Below are positions 18,976-26,713 of a DNA stretch of 64,000 nucleotides, piece by piece. Origin of the DNA: Pyrinomonadaceae bacterium. GTDB taxonomy: Bacteria; Acidobacteriota; Blastocatellia; Pyrinomonadales; Pyrinomonadaceae. The position numbers were made by a program, and so were the translations under genes. How positions within the stretch are numbered: position 1 is the stretch's first letter; each line of letters starts with the position of its first letter. The stretch lies in NCBI GenBank assembly GCA_036403435.1, contig DASWQY010000157.1, positions 3,186 to 67,185 on the forward strand. The letters run 5' to 3'. The notes beneath the pieces are model-generated. The model did not search any database, had not been told where the DNA came from, and saw nothing but the letters and a program-made list of their open reading frames with translations.

Positions 18976-19014
18976 ACCTCAGAGCACGCGATTGTTTCGT
19001 CAGGGGAGAATGAG

Positions 19015-19173
19015 ATGAGCAAGCAGAGAGATGATACACCGGAAGAGATTCATCCGTCAGGCGAGGAAGAGGAGCCGGAGAGAAAGCCCGGCAGTTATTA
19101 CTACGACGACGCGACGGGGTACGAAGTTTACGACCCCGAGAAAGAGGATGACGAAAAGGGACAGGAAGGTTGA
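19015..19173 (+). CDS. Possible small acidic protein (52 aa)
   Basis: Not in the track (under 60 aa). GGGGAG lies 6-7 nt upstream of the ATG at 19015. The product is MSKQRDDTPEEIHPSGEEEEPERKPGSYYYDDATGYEVYDPEKEDDEKGQEG, ending at the TGA at 19171-19173. The overlapping 117-aa track ORF (19031-19384) is Arg/Lys-rich and runs into a repeat element. Confidence 0.35.
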   Translation: MSKQRDDTPEEIHPSGEEEEPERKPGSYYYDDATGYEVYDPEKEDDEKGQEG

Positions 19174-19276
19174 TTGCGGGATGCGGATTGGGAGGAAAGC
19201 GTCAAGCCTTTCCTTTGCGACTTTGCGCCTCCAGCGTGCAAAACCTTCTCACGCAAAGACGCAAAGTCGCAAAGGG
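19171..19276. repeat. CTTTGCG-family composite repeat (flank module plus hairpin)
   Basis: The hairpin core CCTTTGCGACTTTGCG (19212-19227) pairs with CGCAAAGTCGCAAAGG (19260-19275). The flank tGATTGCGGgatGCGGATTGGGA...AAGCC resembles 45861-45890. The loop shares CACGCTGGAGGCGCAAAG with the 45954-45971 copy, in opposite orientation. Confidence 0.7.
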
Positions 19277-19280
19277 TTGC

Positions 19281-21101
19281 TCACTGCACTTCCTTGCGCT
19301 TCGGCCGCTCGTTGGCGCGCAGCACGCGCTTGCGCAGGCGGATGGTCTGCGGCGTCACTTCGACCAGCTCGTCATCGGCGATGAACTCCAGGGCCTGTTC
19401 GAGCGAGAGGTCTTTGACAGGCACGAGCCTGAGCGCCTCGTCCGCGGACGAGGCGCGCATGTTCGTCAGCTTCTTCTCCTTGACCGCGTTAACGTCCAAG
19501 TCAACGGCGCGCGCGTTCTCGCCGATGATCATCCCCTCGTAAACTTTCGTGTTCGGGCGCACAAACATCGTCCCGCGCTCTTGAAGATTGTAGAGCGCGT
19601 AAGTCGTCGTCTCGCCCGTGCGGTCCGCGACGAGCGAGCCCGTCGAGCGTCCGCGCATCTCCCCGGCCCACTCGCCCCACCGCAGGAAGAGCGTGTTGAG
19701 CAGGCCCGTCCCCTTCGTCTCCGTCAGGAACTCGTTGCGGAAACCGATCAGGCCGCGCGACGGCGTCTCGAACTCAAGCCGCACGCGCCCGGTGCCGTGG
19801 TTAATCATCTTCGTCATCTGCCCCTTGCGCCGGCCCATCGCCTCGGTTACGACGCCGATGAACTCGTCCGGGCAATCAACGACGACCTGCTCGACCGGCT
19901 CAAGCGTCCGGCCGCCGTCCTTGCGCGTCAGCACCTCGGGCTTGGAGACCTGAAGCTCGTAGCCCTCGCGCCGCATCATCTCGATGAGGATGGCAAGCTG
20001 CAACTCGCCGCGGCCCGAGACCTTGAACTGGTCCGGCGAATCCGTCTGCTCGACGCGGATGGCGACGTTGCCCAACAGTTCTTTTTCGAGCCGCTCATTG
20101 ATCTGGCGCGAGGTGACGTACTTGCCCTCGCGGCCGGCGAAGGGCGAGTTATTGACGCCGAAGATCATGGAGATGGTCGGCTCGTCAACCGCGATCACGG
20201 GCAGCGGCTGCGGGTTGTCTGCGCTCGTGATGGTCTCGCCGATCTCTATGTTCTCGATGCCGGCGAGCGCGACGATGTCGCCGAGGCCCGCGCGCTCGAC
20301 CGCCTCGCGCTTGAGCCCCTCGAAGACGTAAAGCTGCGAGACGCGCGTCTTCTGCACGGAGCGGTCACGCTTGATGATGGAGACAGTGTCGCCCACGTGT
20401 ATCTCGCCCGAGAAGATGCGGCCGATGGCTAGGCGGCCGACGTAGTCGCTGTAATCTAGATTAGCTACCAGCAGCTGCAAGGAGTCGTCTCGCAGGGCGG
20501 CGGGCGCAGGAATGGTCTCGACTATCTGGTCGAAGAGCGGGCGGAGGTTCTTCGAGTCGTCCGCCAAATCCTTCTTCGCCACGCCGTCGCGCGAGACGGC
20601 GTAGAGAATCGGGAACTCTATCTGCTCGTCGGTCGCGTCCAGGTCCAGGAAGAGTTCGTAGATTTCGTCCACGACCTCCGCGGGCCTGGCGTCGTGGCGG
20701 TCAATCTTGTTAACGACGGCGATGGCCGGCAAGCGGGCTTCGAGCGCCTTGCGCAGCACGAAGCGCGTCTGCGGCAGACAGCCCTCGGCCGCGTCCACCA
20801 AAAGCATCACGCCGTCCACCATCTTCAAGACGCGCTCGACCTCGCCGCCGAAATCTGCGTGGCCTGGCGTGTCCACGATGTTGATCTTCACGTCGCCGTA
20901 TCGTACGGCCGTGTTCTTCGCCATGATGGTAATGCCGCGCTCGCGCTCCAAATCCATCGAGTCCATCACGCGGTCGCGGACCTGCTCGTTCTCGCGGAAC
21001 GTCCCGGACTGCCTGAGCATCGCGTCCACGAGCGTCGTCTTGCCGTGGTCAACGTGCGCGATGATGGCTATGTTGCGTATGTCTTGCCTCTCCTGATTCA
21101 T
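19281..21101 (-). CDS. typA: Translational GTPase BipA/TypA
   Basis: 606 aa. Motifs are [31 protein letters not shown] and NKIDR, and the protein is collinear with BipA over its full length. Confidence 0.95.
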   Translation of the reverse strand: MNQERQDIRNIAIIAHVDHGKTTLVDAMLRQSGTFRENEQVRDRVMDSMDLERERGITIMAKNTAVRYGDVKINIVDTPGHADFGGEVERVLKMVDGVMLLVDAAEGCLPQTRFVLRKALEARLPAIAVVNKIDRHDARPAEVVDEIYELFLDLDATDEQIEFPILYAVSRDGVAKKDLADDSKNLRPLFDQIVETIPAPAALRDDSLQLLVANLDYSDYVGRLAIGRIFSGEIHVGDTVSIIKRDRSVQKTRVSQLYVFEGLKREAVERAGLGDIVALAGIENIEIGETITSADNPQPLPVIAVDEPTISMIFGVNNSPFAGREGKYVTSRQINERLEKELLGNVAIRVEQTDSPDQFKVSGRGELQLAILIEMMRREGYELQVSKPEVLTRKDGGRTLEPVEQVVVDCPDEFIGVVTEAMGRRKGQMTKMINHGTGRVRLEFETPSRGLIGFRNEFLTETKGTGLLNTLFLRWGEWAGEMRGRSTGSLVADRTGETTTYALYNLQERGTMFVRPNTKVYEGMIIGENARAVDLDVNAVKEKKLTNMRASSADEALRLVPVKDLSLEQALEFIADDELVEVTPQTIRLRKRVLRANERPKRKEVQ

Positions 21102-21197
21102 AATTCCCCTACACAGATAGAAATCTCATTTTCATTGATGAGCCGTGAAACCAGACATCATAACACGCGCGGCGCGATTGAGCACACGCAGACGAGC

Positions 21198-21305
21198 GGC
21201 GATTTCACGCAAAGGCGCAAAGAAGCAACGACGTAAGGCGCAAAGAAAGTGCATGCCTCCCTTTGCGCCTTACGTCGTTCGCTTTGCGCCTTTGCGTGAA
21301 ATCGC
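21198..21305. repeat. CTTTGCG-family long hairpin (about 45-bp interrupted stem)
   Basis: GCGATTTCACGCAAAGGCGCAAAG..ACGACGTAAGGCGCAAAG (21198-21244) pairs with CTTTGCGCCTTACGTCGT..CTTTGCGCCTTTGCGTGAAATCGC (21261-21305). The perfect blocks are 24 and 18 bp, separated by a small internal loop. It shares CCCTTTGCGCCTTACGTC...CTTTGCGCCTTTGCG with 45904-45940. Confidence 0.8.
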
Positions 21306-21312
21306 TTCGCTT

Positions 21313-21775
21313 CTATGAACCGAACGCGCCCGTCTGCCTCAATGCCTCGTAGAGCACGATGGCGGCCGATGTCGCCAGGTTGAGACTGCGGACGCGCGGG
21401 TTGAGCATTGGGATAGTCAGACACCGCTCCCAGTTCGCGCGCAGCACATCCTCTGGCAGCCCCGCGCGTCTCGCGCCCGAAGACCAGGCAGTCGTCCGGC
21501 GCGAAACTCCAATCCGTGTAGCGCCTCTCGGCCTTCGTCGTCAGGAAAATGAACCTCGCGCCGGGCAGCGCCTCGGCGAGCGCGGTGAGGTCGCGGTGGC
21601 GATGCAGCTCCACCTCGGGCCAGTAGTCCAGGCCCGCGCGCCGCACGGCGCGGTCGTCCAGCCGAAAACCCGCCACGCCGACGATGTGCAATGGCACGCG
21701 CGTCGCCGCGCACAGGCGCGCGATGTTGCCCGTGTTCGGCGGTATCTCCGGCTCGACCAGCGCCACTCGAAGCAT
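21313..21775 (-). pseudogene. trmL: tRNA (cytidine/uridine-2'-O-)-methyltransferase TrmL (SpoU family) interrupted by a 1-nt insertion in a G4 run
   Basis: Frame 1 reads MLRVALVEPEIPPNTGNIARLC...CLVFGRETRG (105 aa) and then becomes nonsense. Skipping one G of GGGG (plus-strand CCCC at 21460-21463) restores LPEDVLRANWERCLTIPMLNPRVRSLNLATSAAIVLYEALRQTGAFGS*, with the stop at 21315-21313. This is collinear with the E. coli TrmL C-terminus (FGPETRGLP...IPM...RSMNLSNAV..VVYEA.RQ). Confidence 0.85.
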
Positions 21776-21782
21776 AGACAGC

Positions 21783-21868
21783 AGTGGTCAGTAGTCAGTG
21801 GTCGGTGGTCAGTTAAAGACAAAAGCGGTTTCTTTTATCTGACCACCGACCACTGACTACTGACCACT
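21783..21868. repeat. Long hairpin element, GTGGTCA heptamer family
   Basis: AGTGGTCAGTAGTCAGTGGTCGGTGGTCAG (21783-21812) pairs with CTGACCACCGACCACTGACTACTGACCACT (21839-21868). The stem is 30 bp and perfect, with a 26-nt loop. The right arm overlaps the last codons and stop of the cupin gene. Confidence 0.85.
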
Positions 21869-22210
21869 CCTCCGGTAGTCGTCCTCCAGCCTGACGATGT
21901 CGTCTTCGCCGAGGTAGTCGCCGAGCTGGACTTCGATGAGGGCCAGCGGCTCGGTCGCCGAATTGCCCAGGCGGTGATTCGTCTCGGGTGGAATGTGTAT
22001 GTGCTCGCCGGCCTTGAGTCGTAACTCGCGCTCTCCGCAGACTACGTCGGCCGTGCCCTGCACGACGACCCAGTGCTCGCCGCGGCGCGAGTGTCGCTGT
22101 AGACTCAGGCGCGCGCCTGGTTTGACTTCGAGCCTCTTGACCTTGTAGCCCGCGCCCTCTTCCAATACTTCGTAACGCCCCCACGGCCTCTCGTCTGTTT
22201 CACCTCTCAT
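21857..22210 (-). CDS. Cupin-domain protein (mannose-6-phosphate isomerase type II C-terminal-like)
   Basis: The start is taken at the ATG at 22210-22208 (MRGETDERPWGRYEVL...). Cupin motifs are GARLSLQRHSRRGEHWVVVQG and GEHIHIPPETNHRLGN. Confidence 0.75.
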   Translation of the reverse strand: MRGETDERPWGRYEVLEEGAGYKVKRLEVKPGARLSLQRHSRRGEHWVVVQGTADVVCGERELRLKAGEHIHIPPETNHRLGNSATEPLALIEVQLGDYLGEDDIVRLEDDYRRSGQ

Positions 22211-22274
22211 CGCTTCCCGCCTCCCCAATTCGGTGTCGAGTTAACGAGCATAATGAAGACACGCCGCCCGGCGC

Positions 22275-22320
22275 AAGAAAAAGGAACGGCGCGCTTCGTT
22301 GAAGCATTCGCCGTTCCTTT
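22275..22320 (-). terminator. Intrinsic terminator of the (GGSK)n mini-gene
   Basis: On the minus strand, AAAGGAACGGCG-17 nt-CGCCGTTCCTTT is followed by TTCTTGC. With the stem's own T residues this gives CCTTTTTCTT. The stem is 12 bp. Confidence 0.55.
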
Positions 22321-22396
22321 AAGAGTGACCCTAATGGGCCAGTCGTGTTGCGTGCGCCTATGGAAGGTTGTTGCTGTTGTTCGTTGTCCGCTAGGA

Positions 22397-22543
22397 CTAC
22401 TTGCGGCCCTTCGCGCCCTTCGCGCCCTTTGAGCCCTTCGAGCCGCCCTTCGAGCCGCCCTTCGAGCCGCCTTTCGAGCCGCCCTTTGAGCCGCCCTTCG
22501 ATCCACCCTTTGAACCGCCCTTACCACCTTTCTTAGTTGCCAT
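22397..22543 (-). CDS. 48-aa glycine/lysine/serine repeat mini-protein
   Basis: Not in the track (under 60 aa). The ATG is at 22543-22541, preceded by AAGGAG about 12 nt upstream. The product is MATKKGGK-(GGSK)x7-GSKGAKGAKGRK, with the TAG at 22399-22397. It has its own consensus promoter and terminator. Repeat codons vary at synonymous sites (GGC/GGT/GGA, TCA/TCG, AAG/AAA). Confidence 0.55.
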   Translation of the reverse strand: MATKKGGKGGSKGGSKGGSKGGSKGGSKGGSKGGSKGSKGAKGAKGRK

Positions 22544-22641
22544 AGGTTGTTGCTGCTCCTTTTCAGTTTGAAGTTACGACCACAAGATACTGTGCCGAAT
22601 TTCTTCTTGTGGCCTAGAGTAAGCGGCGCACAACATGTTGG

Positions 22642-22670
22642 TATATAAACTTAAAGCGAATAGATGTCAA
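22642..22670 (-). promoter_or_regulatory. Near-consensus sigma70-type promoter for the mini-gene
   Basis: On the minus strand, TTGACA (22670-22665) is followed by a 17-nt spacer and TATATA (22647-22642). It sits in a conspicuously A/T-rich 340-bp gap with A/T tracts upstream, giving a leader of about 90 nt. Confidence 0.5.
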
Positions 22671-22885
22671 TAACTTTTACCTGCAAATGAAATTTTTTTT
22701 GAACGCGCGAATAAAATTTTTTGAGATGTGAGAGAGCGATCTTGCTGCGCGCGACGCGCGAGCGAACTGCTTCGACGTGTTGGAGAGAAGAATCAAACCT
22801 CCGCAGTGACGCTCTCGATGTCGCGCGCGCGGCCTGAGATGAAAATCAGAGATGACGAGTTAATTGCTTGACGCGAGTGTGCGCG

Positions 22886-23530
22886 TCACCGGAAGTATGG
22901 AGTGAAGACCCAGTGGTCGTGCCGCTCGACGCCGTAGTAGGTGAGGATGGAGCTGCGGCGGCTGCGGCTGGCGACGCCGATGAACGGACCCGAAGAGTCT
23001 TCGGAGTCGTCTTCGCCGCCCGGCGCTTCCTCTTCGATCCCCGTGTCGAGGACGTTGGTCACGACCGGGAGTGGTCCGGCCCTTCCCAGGAAGAGCGCGT
23101 CGTTGGTATTCACGGGCCTGCCGGCGTAGGCCGTCACCTTGGCCTGGAATTCGAGGAAGGCGGGATCAGTTTTTCTGATGAGTTTCCACTTGCCGCTGCT
23201 CGACAGCGGATCGCGCGCGGCGGCGGCGCGCAGGATTTGAATTTTCCTTGTGCCGCGTGGGAGACCTTCGAGTAACTGGTCTATAGAGGTCGGAGGGACT
23301 CCTTTTTCACGCGTGTAAAGACGGATGGCTTCCGCGACCTGCTCGCCGCGCTGGATCGCTTCCTCCTCCAGCTCGCGCTGCGCCATCCGGCGGTAATTCG
23401 GGACGGCCGTGATGAGCAGGAGCGCCATGATCGTCATCATGGCGAGCAGCGAAATGAGCGCGTAGCCGCGCTCGCCGCGCCGCGCCGGGCCAATTCTTTC
23501 AACCGTCGTGTCGTCTCGCTTGGCGCTCAT
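22886..23530 (-). CDS. Pilin/pseudopilin-like protein (prepilin-type N-terminal hydrophobic helix, atypical)
   Basis: 214 aa. A short basic leader is followed by G-YALISLLAMMTIMALLLITAVPNY, which resembles a class III signal, but the usual Glu at +5 is Ser. Its start lies 3 nt after the upstream gene's stop. Confidence 0.5.
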   Translation of the reverse strand: MSAKRDDTTVERIGPARRGERGYALISLLAMMTIMALLLITAVPNYRRMAQRELEEEAIQRGEQVAEAIRLYTREKGVPPTSIDQLLEGLPRGTRKIQILRAAAARDPLSSSGKWKLIRKTDPAFLEFQAKVTAYAGRPVNTNDALFLGRAGPLPVVTNVLDTGIEEEAPGGEDDSEDSSGPFIGVASRSRRSSILTYYGVERHDHWVFTPYFR

Positions 23531-23533
23531 CCG

Positions 23534-24493
23534 TTATGGCTCCGTCGGCTCCTCTTCTTCCACTTCGACGGGCTCCGCCGCCTCAGGGACCGGCTGGGGC
23601 TGCGCCTGCTGCGGCGGGTAGCGCGGCTGGCCTCCCACATTCGGGTTAGAGCCGTTGCCGGCGAGCGGCAGCTTGTGCTTGATGTTCAGGTTCGTGTCAG
23701 TCAGCGTCAACTCGGTGACGCTGATCCCGGTGACGCGGAAGCGGCCGCCGAGGATGTCGCCGCGCTGCACGTTCAGAAGGTCGCGGCCGTTCTTCTCCTT
23801 CACCATGGCGATGTCGTTGCCGTGGGGCTTGATGCTGACGCCGATGAAGGTGTAGTTCGGCACGGGCGCGGGCATGACGTTGAGCGTCGCCGTGTTGGAG
23901 AACTGTTGGCCGTCCTGCGAGCGCACCAAGACATCGCGCCCGCCCTCGAAGGAGATGAGCTGGGCAGGGACTTTCGTCGAGAGCTGCTGCGGGCTGATGA
24001 AGCGCGTCTCAAGCTCCGCGCCGCCGATGAAGATTTTCGTCTCGGGCGTGAACTTGTCGCCGGTCACGTCGAGCGTGAAGTCGCCCGTGTGCGCGTAGAC
24101 GTTGACGGGCGAGATGCCCGCGAGAATCACGTTGGGCTCGGGCGCGGGCGGCACCGTGGGCTCTGGCGTCGGCGTCGGCGTCGGCGTCGGCGGGGGCACG
24201 TAGAAGGCGAAGATGTTGCGCCCCGCTTCCGGCACGGCGGGCTGGCTGAAGGTCGCCGGGATCGGGCGCAGCACGGCCAGCGGGTCTGAGGTTATCTCCT
24301 CGACGCGCGGAAGAGTGTTGTTGCGCGGCGGCGTGGGAGAGGCTTTGACGCCCTGAGCGCCAGTCGTCGGCCTCTTCGGGCCGGACGAGCCGAGGAACAT
24401 GTAGGCCAGCGCGATGACGGCGACAGCGCCGAGGACGATGGCCGCTATCTTCTTGTTGCGCTCCGACTGGTTCGTGCCTTCAACTACTGCCAT
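23534..24493 (-). CDS. Membrane-anchored protein with Pro/Thr linker and IPT/TIG-like Ig domain (occupies the PilP position of the operon)
   Basis: 319 aa. It has an N-terminal TM (IAAIVLGAVAVIALAYMFL), a PTPTPTPTPEP linker, and then ILAGISPVNVYAHTGDFTLDVTGDKFTPETKIFIGG...LVRSQDG, which is IPT/TIG-like. Confidence 0.55.
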   Translation of the reverse strand: MAVVEGTNQSERNKKIAAIVLGAVAVIALAYMFLGSSGPKRPTTGAQGVKASPTPPRNNTLPRVEEITSDPLAVLRPIPATFSQPAVPEAGRNIFAFYVPPPTPTPTPTPEPTVPPAPEPNVILAGISPVNVYAHTGDFTLDVTGDKFTPETKIFIGGAELETRFISPQQLSTKVPAQLISFEGGRDVLVRSQDGQQFSNTATLNVMPAPVPNYTFIGVSIKPHGNDIAMVKEKNGRDLLNVQRGDILGGRFRVTGISVTELTLTDTNLNIKHKLPLAGNGSNPNVGGQPRYPPQQAQPQPVPEAAEPVEVEEEEPTEP

Positions 24494-24512
24494 GAGATTT
24501 TGAACCTGCCCT

Positions 24513-25289
24513 TCAGCGAGTCTCTCCCGCGGGTTGTTCCGTCACCGCTTCGCCGCCCGCGTCGCGCCGGAAGTAGGCGGCCAGGTCGAGCCGCAAGCTG
24601 ACGAGCGTGGTGCGCGGGGCCGGAGTGTCGGCGCTCACCGAGACGCCGGCGTCGCTCGCGCGCTCCAGCTCGACCGCGTTAATAATGATGAATTGATTGC
24701 TCGATTCGATGTCCCGCACGAAGTGGCGCAGGCTTGCGTACTGCCCCTCGACCGTGACGGTGACGGCGATGCCGGGGTAGAGGCTCTGCCACCTGCTGCC
24801 GACGGTGCGGGCCGACGCCTGTTGCTGCTGCGCGGCCGTCTTCGATTCGAGGTAGTTGTAGACTGGGCCGGAGGTGTTGCGCAGGTTGTTGCTGCGGATT
24901 AGTTGAATGAGAGTGTTGTAAAGGCCGATGCGCCCTTCGGCGCGCGTGGTCAGCCGCCCGTTCTCGAACTTGTCCAGGCTGTCGTTGATTTGGGTGACGT
25001 TCTCCTCCGTGCTCACGCGCGTGTTGATGGTCTTCTGCAACTCGCCGAGCTTCTGTTGCTGGCGCCCGCGGTCTTGCTGGGCCGCGTCGAGGCGCGAGCC
25101 CGAAGGGGTGTAGAAGTAGAGATAGACGAAGACGACGGCGAGCAGCATGACTGCGCTGCCGGCGAGCCCCGCGATTTCGGCGATGCCGAGGACGCTACGC
25201 TGACGCGCCTGGCGCAGCTTGTCCACGCGGACGCGGATCCGCGCGCGGCGCGGCCTGGCGTTCGGTTGTGTCGCTCTCTCTTCTCTCAT
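24513..25289 (-). CDS. pilO: Type IV pilus assembly protein PilO-like
   Basis: 258 aa. It has a single TM and a coiled coil, then VTVTVEGQYASLRHFVRDIESSNQFIIINAVELE, a typical PilO C-terminal fold signature. Its start overlaps the pilN stop as ATGA. Confidence 0.7.
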   Translation of the reverse strand: MREERATQPNARPRRARIRVRVDKLRQARQRSVLGIAEIAGLAGSAVMLLAVVFVYLYFYTPSGSRLDAAQQDRGRQQQKLGELQKTINTRVSTEENVTQINDSLDKFENGRLTTRAEGRIGLYNTLIQLIRSNNLRNTSGPVYNYLESKTAAQQQQASARTVGSRWQSLYPGIAVTVTVEGQYASLRHFVRDIESSNQFIIINAVELERASDAGVSVSADTPAPRTTLVSLRLDLAAYFRRDAGGEAVTEQPAGETR

Positions 25290-25930
25290 CGCTCCTCGGG
25301 ACCAGCGGCCCGTGTGACGCCGGCGGCCTCCGCGACGCTGCCCGCCGGGGCGCTCGCGGGGATGACCGCGCGCGGGTGATAGACGACGCGCAGAATTGAT
25401 TCTGTGCCAGTCTCTTCCCGCTCCTTCTGCAAGCTCTGCTCGACCAGCTCGGCGCGGAAGATTCCGCCGCGGTCCATCTCCATGATCATCGCCGTGGCGT
25501 CCGCCGGGTTCTTACTCACGATCACCAGCTCCAGTTCGGCAACGGTTCGGTCACCCTGCTGGCCGACCTCGCGGACGGTGATGCGCTTGACGCGGACGCT
25601 GCCGGGCAGTACCGATTCGAGGTCGGCGAACAGCCGCGCCCACGAGAAGCGCTTGCGCCCGACGAGCGCCTGCGCGGCTCCGAGCGTCTGCGTCTGCTCG
25701 GGCGTCAGCGACTGCTTAATCTCGTCAACGCGCCGTTCGAGAGCGGCGACCTGCTGGCGCTGACCCTCGCTCTCGCGCTCGACCTCAAGGGCACGCCGGT
25801 TCGTCTGGTTGCTCTTACTGACGAGCAGGACGAGCGCGAGCAGTGACGCGACCGTGATGACGCCCGCGATTGTCCAGGGCAGAGCACGATTGCGAAATGG
25901 CTGGCTGGCGAGATTGAGGTTGGCGCTCAC
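25286..25930 (-). CDS. pilN: Type IV pilus assembly protein PilN-like (start uncertain; the track uses TTG at 26017)
   Basis: The GTG at 25930-25928 gives MSANLNLASQPFRNRALPWTIAGVITVASLLALVLLV..., i.e. a short cytoplasmic INLLP-like motif, one TM and a coiled coil, followed by FSWARLFADLESVLPGSVRVKRI. Confidence 0.65.
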   Translation of the reverse strand: MSANLNLASQPFRNRALPWTIAGVITVASLLALVLLVSKSNQTNRRALEVERESEGQRQQVAALERRVDEIKQSLTPEQTQTLGAAQALVGRKRFSWARLFADLESVLPGSVRVKRITVREVGQQGDRTVAELELVIVSKNPADATAMIMEMDRGGIFRAELVEQSLQKEREETGTESILRVVYHPRAVIPASAPAGSVAEAAGVTRAAGPEER

Positions 25931-26100
25931 GACTGAATTACCGTCCACTCGATGATGGAGAAGATTCACTCTCCAACAGACTACGAAAGCATACCAGCGC
26001 GTAAACACGGGGCGCAACCGCGCGCGCCTGAGCGACCAACCTTCGGCCCGCCTGCCGACACTTGAACGCGCCTGACGAAACTTAGTTGCAGAAAGAACAA

Positions 26101-26167
26101 GAGACGCGGAGACGCGGCGAAGAAAAGCAACTGTCTTTCTCGCCGCGTCCCCGCGTCCCCGCGTCTC
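26101..26167. repeat. Hairpin element with GAGACGCG(G) tandem arms
   Basis: GAGACGCGGAGACGCGGCGAAGAAA (26101-26125) pairs with TTTCTCGCCGCGTCCCCGCGTCCCCGCGTCTC (26136-26167). The stem is imperfect at about 20 bp. It begins 4 nt after the stop of the 180-aa ORF. Confidence 0.65.
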
Positions 26168-26170
26168 GCT

Positions 26171-26713
26171 TTACTTGTTCCCCGTGGCCTGGCTGACGAC
26201 GCGCGAGTTGACGATCTTGCCGGCGGCGTCGAGCGTGAGTTCGATGACTGCACCGGAGGTGTCGCGGACGCGGCGAACGAGTTGGCCGGAGTTGTTCGTG
26301 GTCTCGCTGAGCACGGTCGCGCCGAGGTCCGTGATGTTGCCGAGCGTGCGCTCGTTCAGGACCTTGCCCGCGCTGTCGAGCGTGCGCTCCAGGATGCCGC
26401 CCGTGCTGCCGATTGTGCGCTGGACGGTCTGGCCCAGCTGGTTGACGGTCTGGCTGAGCAGGCCGTTGGGCGCGGTCAGGTTGCCGAGCGTCTGCGAGAC
26501 CGCGCCGCCCGGCCCGAGCGCCTGCCCGGCGATCCCGCCGACCGTGCCGACGGTGTTGTCCACGGTCTGCAAGAGGCGTTCGAGAATCTGCGGGTTGCGG
26601 TCAATGGTCGTCAGCGTGCGGTCAATGATCGAGGCGACGTTGTCGAGCCGCACCTTTAGGAGCACCTCGGCGCGCACGCCCTTGATCGTCAGCTTGACCT
26701 TGTCGATGCCCAC
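26171..26713 (-). CDS. Hypothetical soluble repeat protein (Gly/Thr/Leu/Val-rich, no TM or signal peptide)
   Basis: 180-aa ORF from a GTG. It has recurring D.(S/A)GK.(L/V)N.R..(L/V) and L.QTV..(L/T)G..V units. The same frame stays open, with similar sequence character, for 38 codons upstream to the TAA at 26830-26828 without any ATG, GTG or TTG. Confidence 0.45.
   Translation of the reverse strand: MGIDKVKLTIKGVRAEVLLKVRLDNVASIIDRTLTTIDRNPQILERLLQTVDNTVGTVGGIAGQALGPGGAVSQTLGNLTAPNGLLSQTVNQLGQTVQRTIGSTGGILERTLDSAGKVLNERTLGNITDLGATVLSETTNNSGQLVRRVRDTSGAVIELTLDAAGKIVNSRVVSQATGNK

Noticed and set aside
21158-21312. C-terminal 50 aa of the 205-aa track ORF for TrmL (…AKRFHAKAQSERRKAQREACTFFAPYVVASLRLCVKS…).
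   Set aside because: This is read-through of the frameshifted frame into the CTTTGCG-family palindrome. The +1 frame restores a canonical TrmL C-terminus that stops at 21313.
22207-22536. Track ORFs 22207-22527 (-) (Arg/Ala-rich, 106 aa) and 22345-22536 (+) (Pro/Ser/Arg-rich, 63 aa) over the GGSK repeat.
   Set aside because: They are alternative frames of the same 12-nt-periodic DNA. Only the 48-aa frame has an ATG, SD, promoter and terminator in register. The 106-aa frame would also overlap the cupin gene start.
25931-26017. Upstream TTG start for pilN giving MRPVFTRWYAFVVCWRVNLLHHRVDGNSV...
   Set aside because: The extension is Trp/Cys/His-rich and unlike PilN N-termini, which begin close to the INLLP-like motif. 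The GTG at 25930 is favoured but not proven.
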